Shown: piece after piece, positions 57,212-64,000 of the stretch
Layout of the letters: every line of letters starts with the position of its first letter
Position numbering within the stretch: the first letter of the stretch is position 1
Assembly: GCA_903919145.1 (NCBI GenBank)
Contig: CAIXGW010000063.1
Span: forward strand, 8,253-72,252
Direction of reading: 5' to 3'
Source: an uncultured Myxococcales bacterium
GTDB lineage: Bacteria > Myxococcota_A > UBA9042
DNA length: 64,000 nt
Program-made: the position numbers and the translations under genes
Notes under the pieces: generated by a model
Told to the model about the DNA's origin: nothing
Databases searched by the model: none
Seen by the model: the letters and a program-made list of their open reading frames with translations, nothing else

Positions 57212-60200
57212 GTGGGCTCCTCTACGGTGCGCAGCAGCCCCAGGGCCACCAGCTCGGCGACCGCTGGGGGCAGGGCCGCAGCGTCACCGGCCAGCACGGC
57301 CGCGTAGTACTGCTGGGCCGCGGGCGACGCACCACTCAGGCGTTGCTGGCGCTGCTGCGCCACGTGGGCACGCGTCTGGTCCAGGCGCTGGCGGGCCTCT
57401 GGCAGCGGCAGGTTGGCGGGTACCGGCCGCGGCATCGGCCCTCCCAGGCGCGCCAGCCGCTCGGCGCAGTCCTCCTGCTGGCGTTGCAGGGCCGCAAGCT
57501 CCTCTAGTGCCTGCTGATTGTGGGTCCTGAGTGCCACCAACAGCTCGGACCAATCCGCTGTGGCCGCGGTGGGCAGCGGCAAGCCCAGGCGCCGCGCAGT
57601 GTCAAGGTGTGGCTGAATTTCGCCCACCTGCCGCCACGCCTCGGCCAGGGCGCCGCGCCACTCCTCCAGCTCTGGCCGCGGCGGCGGGGCCAGGCGCAGC
57701 GGCAGCCGCGCGGTCTGCAGCCAGTTGGCCAGGGCCTCGTGGCGGCGCACCAGGGCCTCTCGCACCCGGGCCTGCTCGCGCTCTAGCAGCCGGGTCGCAC
57801 CGGCCAGAGAAAGCTCATGGGGGATGCCGGCCGCGCGTTCGCCCAGCACGACAAGCACGCTGCCGACTTCGCGCAGCTGCCCGACTTGGGCCTCCAGTGT
57901 CGCCGCCTGCTGGGCGCACATGGCCTCCAGCTCCACCAGGGCGGCCTGGGCCGTGGTGGCCTCCAGGACCCCAGTGGGATAGCTGCCGGCGGTCTTGGCG
58001 TGGAGGTCTTTGAGGGCCAGCCAACGCTCCTCAAAGTCGCGCGCCGCCTGAACGATCGCCTGGTACGCGCGCGCCCCGTCGCTGGATTGGCCGGCACCGG
58101 CCAGCTCGTCGATGACCGCCTGGGGCAACAGGCTTGAGCGCAGGTTCTGCAGACTGGCCAGGGCGCGTTGGCGCATCCGCCCGGCTTCGCGCAGATCGTC
58201 GGGCGTCACGCTCAAGCCCTGGCTCCAGCCGGCCATCCGGCGATCGAGCTGAGCCAGCGCCGGCAGTGGCGCCTCGCCCCACCCCGCCAACAGCTGGATC
58301 TTGACTGCCGCATCGACGATCCAACGCTGGATTTCGTCAGAGCCGCGCGGGGTCGCCGCTTGCAGCGCCTGGCTCAGCTGCTGGCGCGGAAAATCGCCCA
58401 GGGCCGCCCACGCGGCGTCAATGGCTTGCACATCGCCGGGATCGACCCGCAGCTCGCCGTCCAGCACCGTGCCCAGCAGGTTCTCCAAGTGCATGCGCAG
58501 GCGCTGATGCCGCGACGCCTCGGCGTGTTTGCGCAGGGCCTCCAGGTAGTCCATCAGGCCGCGGCCCGCCGGTCGGGGAGCGTCGGCGCCCAGCTCCGCC
58601 ATCAGCTCTGGCAGGCGCCGCAGCAGCCCCAGCTCGGCGCTGGTCGCATCCAGGTCTGGCAGATAGGCCTCCAGCGCCTCGGCAATCGAGATGCCGCGCT
58701 CTTGCAGGGCTTCGCTGGCGTGCTCCAAAGCCTCTACCAGCGGCCCCAGCAAAGTCACCGCTGCGCGCAGGTGGTCGACTTCGCGGGCTGCCGTGGCCAG
58801 GGCGTCCAGCTGGTTGGCGAGCTGGGCCCGGCGGTGGCGCAGCAGGTCGACGCAGCGCTGGGCGCCCAGCTCCGCCAAGCTGCGCTGCAATTCATCAGCC
58901 TGGCGGCCCAGATCCGCGCCGGCCGCGGCAATGCGCTGCCACTCGGCCAAAGCGGCCTGCTCCTTTTCGACGCCCTTAAGCAGCCGCGCAGCCATCACGC
59001 CACACACCCACAGCAGCAGCGAGCGCACCCAGGCCTGACCGCTGCGCTCCCCCAGCCCCTGCAGCTCGCTGGTCAACAGGCGCAGCTGCTCTACCGGCCC
59101 CGCCTGCGTGCGCACCTGATCGGTGAAATTGCCCAGCCGCAATGCGCTCAAGCCCGCCTGGCGCCGGCCGGTGCAGCGCTCCAAGTCGCTGACAATGGCC
59201 GCCGCCTGGCGCGAGGTGTCGTCGAGCCGCCGCAGCGCATCCAGGGCGTCCAGCTCGCGCGACACATCGGGCAGGGTGCCGGCGTGGTGCTGCAGCAAAG
59301 TCTCCAGCCTTAGGCGATCTTCGCTGTACAGCCACGCCGCCAGGCGCGAGCGCAGCGCTGGCTCGCCGGCAAACCGCTCCAGCAGGGCGTTCAGCTCCGC
59401 GGCCGGCGCCACCGCCACCTCTGTCCAGCGCGGCGTGCGCGCCCCCGCCGGCAACAGGTTGTCGATCACCACCGCCGCGCCAGAGAGCCGCCCACCGGGA
59501 TTGGCCTCGCGGGCCAGCCGTCGCAGCGGACTTCCTTCGGCAAATAGCGCCGCCGCTTTGGCGCTCACAATCCGCTCGGCCGGCGAGATCGGCCGCAGGG
59601 CAAACAGCAGGCCCAGCAGCGCCGGGCTGTCGCGGTCCAGGCGCGCCAACGTGCCGCGAAAGCTGTCGTTCTGGCGAATGTAGCTGACGGCGGCTTGCCA
59701 GCGCGGGGCAGGCCGCGGGCGCACATCGCGCACTTGCACCGCCACCCGATCGCGGTGCCATGCGATTTTGCGGGCCAATTGCCGGTCGCTGCGCGGGCTT
59801 TCCAGCAGTGCATCCATGCGCGCCCCAAGGCCCGCAGCGTGGCAGCGCACCGCCAAACACTTCAGAAATGTCGCGTGAAAGCGCCCCGGGTCCACCACCG
59901 CCAGCCGGCCGGCAAACTCGGCCAAGTCCAGCTGCGGCGGCCGCGGCCCGCTGGCGTCCAGCAGCAGCGCGCGCAGGGGATCGTCCGCGCCATCCAGTGC
60001 CCCCGCTTCGATGTGCTGGGCCAGGCGACCGGCATGGGCAAACACGCTGAAGCCCGCCGATTCTGACCGCAGCAAAGGCCCCTGTACCCCCGCAAGATCG
60101 CGCAGGCGCCGGTCGAGCTCGGCTTCGTTGGGCACGCGGCCATCGTCCAGGGGCAGATAGGGGTCGGTAAACGGCGAGGGAAACAGCTCGTCCGCCAGTT

Positions 60201-61431
60201 CCCGCAGGGCAAAAGGCAGGCGCCGGGCAAGAGGCCCCATCTCGCCCAGGGCGTCAAAAATCCGCGCTCCCTCTTGGCCCAGCCCGTCCAGGGGCTCGCG
60301 GATGCGCCCCGACTCCACGGCGCGGGCCTCGGCTACCCGCAGCGCCGCGGCAAAATCGTCCAACGTCAGGTAGGCGCGGTCGTCTTCGTCAGCGCAGGCT
60401 TCGATCACCGCCACCAGCTCATTGGCCACCGGCTGCAGCTCTTCGGTCGCACGCCAACGCCGGCCCAGCTCATGGCGAATCCGGTCGGCCAGGCTGCGGC
60501 GGTCGCTGACCTGAATGACCACGCCGCCACACGGAGTGGCACAGGCCACCGGGCGCAGATCGGCCAGCTCGCCCAGTCGGCGGTGGTCCAGGCCGTGGCG
60601 CAGCAGCGCGGGGACGCCAAAAACCCCAGGCAGGGCATCCATTGCGTCGCCAAGGGCCGCCAGATCTGTGCCAAAGAGCCCGGCATTGAGCGGCTCCAGC
60701 ACCGCTCGCACCGCCTGCTCGACGCCACGGGCGCGGCCCCGGCTGATCCACCAGGCAAAATTGGCCTGACCGCGCGACAGGCCAAAATGCGCCTGAATAG
60801 CAGGGACATCGATGGACGGCACTGGCAGGGTCACCAGCCGGCCGCGATCGGCATCGCCCAGGGCGTGGTAAGACTCAGGAGCGTAGGCCAGCAGCAGCCG
60901 CAGGTCGGGGCCACAGGCGTCCACCAGGGCCCGCAACGGCTGGCCGTCGTCGGTGGCAATGCGCTTGAGCAACAGCTGGTGGGCCTGCTCGACCTCATCT
61001 AGCAGCAGCACCACGGTGCAACCAGGGCCCTGGCCTTGCCCCAAGCGCTCTGCCACGTCGCTGCGGCCGCGCTGGTGCAGGTCGGCCAGGTAGGCGCGCC
61101 GCTCTGGGCTATCTTGGGCCAGCTGCGCGAGCCAGTGGCGCACGCGGGCCACAAAGGTCTGCGGCAGCAGCGTCTCGCCGGCGGGGGCCAGCCGCTCGAT
61201 AAAGGCCGCTGCTTCGTCCCACACGGGCAAGGCGCCGCGGGTCAGAGCTTGGCGCAAAATCGCAAACAGCAAGGTACTTTTGCCCGACCCATAGACCCCG
61301 ACCGCCGCCGCGGCAAACGGACCGTCGGCGCCAAAGGCGATCTGCTCGGCGCTGGCCAGTGTGTGCGCCGCCAGCGGCGTAAAGGCAACCCAGGGCGTGT
61401 CGATCCGCGCGGTAAGGCCCTTCATGGACAC
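57208..61431 (-). CDS. 1407-aa P-loop ATPase with long helical/coiled-coil C-terminal region
   Basis: Walker A GVYGSGKST and Walker B VLLLDE near the N-terminus; heptad-rich C-terminal half. Confidence 0.8.
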   Translation of the reverse strand: MSMKGLTARIDTPWVAFTPLAAHTLASAEQIAFGADGPFAAAAVGVYGSGKSTLLFAILRQALTRGALPVWDEAAAFIERLAPAGETLLPQTFVARVRHWLAQLAQDSPERRAYLADLHQRGRSDVAERLGQGQGPGCTVVLLLDEVEQAHQLLLKRIATDDGQPLRALVDACGPDLRLLLAYAPESYHALGDADRGRLVTLPVPSIDVPAIQAHFGLSRGQANFAWWISRGRARGVEQAVRAVLEPLNAGLFGTDLAALGDAMDALPGVFGVPALLRHGLDHRRLGELADLRPVACATPCGGVVIQVSDRRSLADRIRHELGRRWRATEELQPVANELVAVIEACADEDDRAYLTLDDFAAALRVAEARAVESGRIREPLDGLGQEGARIFDALGEMGPLARRLPFALRELADELFPSPFTDPYLPLDDGRVPNEAELDRRLRDLAGVQGPLLRSESAGFSVFAHAGRLAQHIEAGALDGADDPLRALLLDASGPRPPQLDLAEFAGRLAVVDPGRFHATFLKCLAVRCHAAGLGARMDALLESPRSDRQLARKIAWHRDRVAVQVRDVRPRPAPRWQAAVSYIRQNDSFRGTLARLDRDSPALLGLLFALRPISPAERIVSAKAAALFAEGSPLRRLAREANPGGRLSGAAVVIDNLLPAGARTPRWTEVAVAPAAELNALLERFAGEPALRSRLAAWLYSEDRLRLETLLQHHAGTLPDVSRELDALDALRRLDDTSRQAAAIVSDLERCTGRRQAGLSALRLGNFTDQVRTQAGPVEQLRLLTSELQGLGERSGQAWVRSLLLWVCGVMAARLLKGVEKEQAALAEWQRIAAAGADLGRQADELQRSLAELGAQRCVDLLRHRRAQLANQLDALATAAREVDHLRAAVTLLGPLVEALEHASEALQERGISIAEALEAYLPDLDATSAELGLLRRLPELMAELGADAPRPAGRGLMDYLEALRKHAEASRHQRLRMHLENLLGTVLDGELRVDPGDVQAIDAAWAALGDFPRQQLSQALQAATPRGSDEIQRWIVDAAVKIQLLAGWGEAPLPALAQLDRRMAGWSQGLSVTPDDLREAGRMRQRALASLQNLRSSLLPQAVIDELAGAGQSSDGARAYQAIVQAARDFEERWLALKDLHAKTAGSYPTGVLEATTAQAALVELEAMCAQQAATLEAQVGQLREVGSVLVVLGERAAGIPHELSLAGATRLLEREQARVREALVRRHEALANWLQTARLPLRLAPPPRPELEEWRGALAEAWRQVGEIQPHLDTARRLGLPLPTAATADWSELLVALRTHNQQALEELAALQRQQEDCAERLARLGGPMPRPVPANLPLPEARQRLDQTRAHVAQQRQQRLSGASPAAQQYYAAVLAGDAAALPPAVAELVALGLLRTVEEPT

Positions 61432-61733
61432 CGCCGCGGCGCCAGCGCCCCAAAGCGCCCAGAGCGAACCAGAAAACTAACTGAATTAGCTGCTGTTCTC
61501 ATTGTTTTGCTGCTGCCGTCGTCGGCTGGCGGGGCGTCGAGAGTACTCTTGCCCGCGGGCGTTCGCCAGTCGCAGGGCAGCTGCCCAATAGGGCCACTGC
61601 TGTGAACCCCAGACCGGCAAATCACCAACATTTCTAGCGGAACTCGCTGCCCGACTCCCTGCCCGCGCTCTCCTGTTGACGGTTTCGGCACATCTGTAGA
61701 AAGTATCCACAACTTCACCGGTGTGGAAATTCT

Positions 61734-64000
61734 ATGCACAGCGCCAAACCCCAGCCAGATCCAGCCATTTCGCCCGACGCCCCGCCGCAGATCGCCCAGT
61801 GGCAGGGGGCGCAGCCGCTGGCCCAAGGCGGTGGCGGTGCCGTGTGGCTGGCGAGCCAAGGCCCCGCTGGCCCCCTCAACCCGGCGGCCTTCGTCATCAA
61901 GCTGGCCAACCGCGACCAGCAAGACGTGCTGAGCCGCGAGTGGCGGGCGCTGCTAGAGGTGCCGCTGGCGATGCTGCCAGAGCCGGTGTGGCTGAGCCCG
62001 GTGGCACCGAGCCAGCACCGCGGCCGGGCCCAGGCACTGGTACTGGCGCGCTGTCCGGGCCTGCCGCTCGACGCGGCGCTGCAAGGGCACACCGCCCAAG
62101 AAGTCTTGGCCGTCGGCGCGGCATTGTTGCGCGGACTGGCGGTGTTGCATGCTCAAGGCTGGGTCCACGGCGACCTGCACGCGGGCAATGTGTTGGTCGA
62201 GACCACGGCGGCAGGTCCCGAGGTCACGCTGTTGGACCTGGGCCTGGCGGACCGCCACGGCGAGGCGATCCGCGGCCCAGGTCGGCTGGACGGCGCGGCG
62301 CCGGACCGCTTGCGCGGCGGACTGGCGGACCCGCGCGACGACCTGTTCTCTCTGGCTGCGGCGCTGTGGAAGGCGTGGCTAGGGGCGCCGGCCTGGCCCA
62401 ACTACCCGGCCCAACAGCCACAACGCCACCAGCGGCCCCAATTGCCGGCTGGGCACGGCGACCCGCTGGACCAGCGCCTGCTGGCGGCCTTGAGCGCCAT
62501 GCTGGCCCCGGAGCGCAGCCACCGCCCTCAAGACGCCGAGGCGGCGCTGCTGCTGTGGCGGGGGGCCGACGCCGACCCAGCGCAGGATCGCCGGTGGTGG
62601 GCGCAGGCGATGCGCCGGGCGGGCTCGCGGCGGTCACTGACACAGGTAGGGCAGGCCCTGCCCGAGCACCGCGGGTTGTGGCTGCAGGGGCCGCCGGGCA
62701 GCGGGCGCTCTTCGCTGCTGTGGACGCTGGCCACCCAAGCGGCAGACAGCGGCCGGGCGGTGGCGTGGCTGACCTCTGACAAGCAAGGGCAAATGCTGAT
62801 CAATTGCGGGCAGCACAGCTGGGCTTGGCAAGCGCCGGCGCTGCGCGGCTCCCTGCTGGGAGACGGACTGGCGCAGGCGGCGGAGCAGGGCGCGGCATGG
62901 CTGGCCCAGCACCTGGACGCGCTGGACGAGGGCCTGGCGCCCGGTTGGCTGCTGGCAGACGATGCCGGCGAATTGTCTCCGGCGGCGGCGGCGGTGCTGC
63001 AGGCGCTGCTGGCCGATCCACAGCGGCTGCCGGGTTGGCGACTGGCCGCTGCGGGCGGCGAGGCGCCGGCGGCGGCCCAGGCTTGGCAGCTGCCGGCCCT
63101 GAACCTGCAGGACCTGGCAGACCGACTGAGCGCCGTGACCGGTGGGCGCCGCTGGGATGCCGCCGTGGTCGCAGCGCTGGCGGAGACGGTTGGGGCGCGG
63201 CGCAGAGAAGCCCTTGAGCTGGCTGCAGAACTCATCGACCAGGGCGCAGTCGAGATTGGCGCAGAGCGGGTTGACTGGCGCGACGGCTCCGCGCTGCCGC
63301 CCGTGGTGGTTGGCGAGCTGGCCCAAGCCCGCCGCGCGCTGCAGCTCCCGGATCCCAGCTGGTGGCCGCTCATCGGCCGGTTGGCGACGGCCAGCGGAGC
63401 GATGGCGCTGCCCCCCCAAGCCCGCGCCTTTGCCGAGCGCTCGCCGCTGTTGGCGCTGCGTGGCCCAGACCGGGTGGCCATGGCCGACCAGGCGGCGCGG
63501 CAATTCGTCTTGGCGGCGCTGCCTTGTGAGCTAGTGGGCGCGGAATTGCGTGCTCAGGCCAGCGCTGCTGAGACGGCGGCCGAGCGCGCGGCGCTGCGGG
63601 TCAGGGCGTGGCAGAGCGATGCCTCCCAGGCGCCAGAGGGGCGCGAAGTGGCCGATGCAGCTGCCGCCCTTCTTGGCCAGGGCGCCTACGCCGCAGCCGA
63701 GGCGCTGTGCGGACCGTGGTTGGCGGCGCAGCCGTTGGACGCCGCCGCGCCAGAGCTGCCAGAGGTGGCCGCGGCGCTGCTGAGGGCCAAGACCGCCCAG
63801 GGCCAGCTGATCCAAGCCGGAGAGCTGGCCGGGCGCTGGCCAGAGGCCTGGGATCGCCACCGGCCATTGCTGTTGGCGCGGGCAGAGTGGGCTTTTCGCT
63901 CGGGGCTCTATCCCCAATGCCGCGAGCTGGCGACGCAATTGACCAAGAGCGACCCCAGCGACGCCGACGCCTGGCTGTGGTTGACCTTTGCCGCCACCTG
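61734..64000 (+). CDS. Ser/Thr protein kinase with ATPase-like and TPR-like regions; runs off the right edge
   Basis: Not in the ORF track. Frame from ATG 61734 reads LAQGGGGAVW, FVIK, HGDLHAGNVL, DLGLA, APD and DLFSLA, then LQGPPGSGRS. Confidence 0.85.
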   Translation, partial: MHSAKPQPDPAISPDAPPQIAQWQGAQPLAQGGGGAVWLASQGPAGPLNPAAFVIKLANRDQQDVLSREWRALLEVPLAMLPEPVWLSPVAPSQHRGRAQALVLARCPGLPLDAALQGHTAQEVLAVGAALLRGLAVLHAQGWVHGDLHAGNVLVETTAAGPEVTLLDLGLADRHGEAIRGPGRLDGAAPDRLRGGLADPRDDLFSLAAALWKAWLGAPAWPNYPAQQPQRHQRPQLPAGHGDPLDQRLLAALSAMLAPERSHRPQDAEAALLLWRGADADPAQDRRWWAQAMRRAGSRRSLTQVGQALPEHRGLWLQGPPGSGRSSLLWTLATQAADSGRAVAWLTSDKQGQMLINCGQHSWAWQAPALRGSLLGDGLAQAAEQGAAWLAQHLDALDEGLAPGWLLADDAGELSPAAAAVLQALLADPQRLPGWRLAAAGGEAPAAAQAWQLPALNLQDLADRLSAVTGGRRWDAAVVAALAETVGARRREALELAAELIDQGAVEIGAERVDWRDGSALPPVVVGELAQARRALQLPDPSWWPLIGRLATASGAMALPPQARAFAERSPLLALRGPDRVAMADQAARQFVLAALPCELVGAELRAQASAAETAAERAALRVRAWQSDASQAPEGREVADAAAALLGQGAYAAAEALCGPWLAAQPLDAAAPELPEVAAALLRAKTAQGQLIQAGELAGRWPEAWDRHRPLLLARAEWAFRSGLYPQCRELATQLTKSDPSDADAWLWLTFAAT

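Noticed and set aside
61721-62779. 352-aa ORF listed in the track
   Set aside because: Arg/Pro-rich off-frame reading; the frame starting at 61734 contains the kinase motifs.

Overview
High-GC chromosomal window that is almost fully coding. Its content is typical of a myxobacterium or related deltaproteobacterium (MYXO-CTERM-like tails, large Cys-rich and EGF-repeat lipoproteins, a Ser/Thr kinase-ATPase); this taxonomy is inferred from gene content only. Recognisable genes are recC (5' part), a P-type ATPase, imuA-imuB with a LexA-type operator, rrf2-cysK, mgtE, an EF-G paralogue, fdx-cyaY, a HisJ-type phosphatase, a cyclophilin, thpR and cinA. I found no rRNA, tRNA, CRISPR-Cas, transposase or prophage. 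The best candidates for undescribed biology are: (1) a coupled pair of a 1407-aa P-loop ATPase/coiled-coil protein and a small PD-(D/E)xK-like protein, possibly a defence module; (2) a bestrophin coupled to a rhodanese/carbonic-anhydrase-like fusion; (3) a DUF4266-DUF3570-TlpA-ApbE flavinylation operon extended with heme-c-motif surface proteins and an in-frame DUF4266 fusion; (4) a 142-bp CTAG-bounded dispersed element at gene stop codons; (5) two arrays built on one REP-like palindrome; (6) an Rrf2 regulator ending in the CysK-binding peptide DFSI. All family assignments are from motif recognition by eye; no database searches were run.
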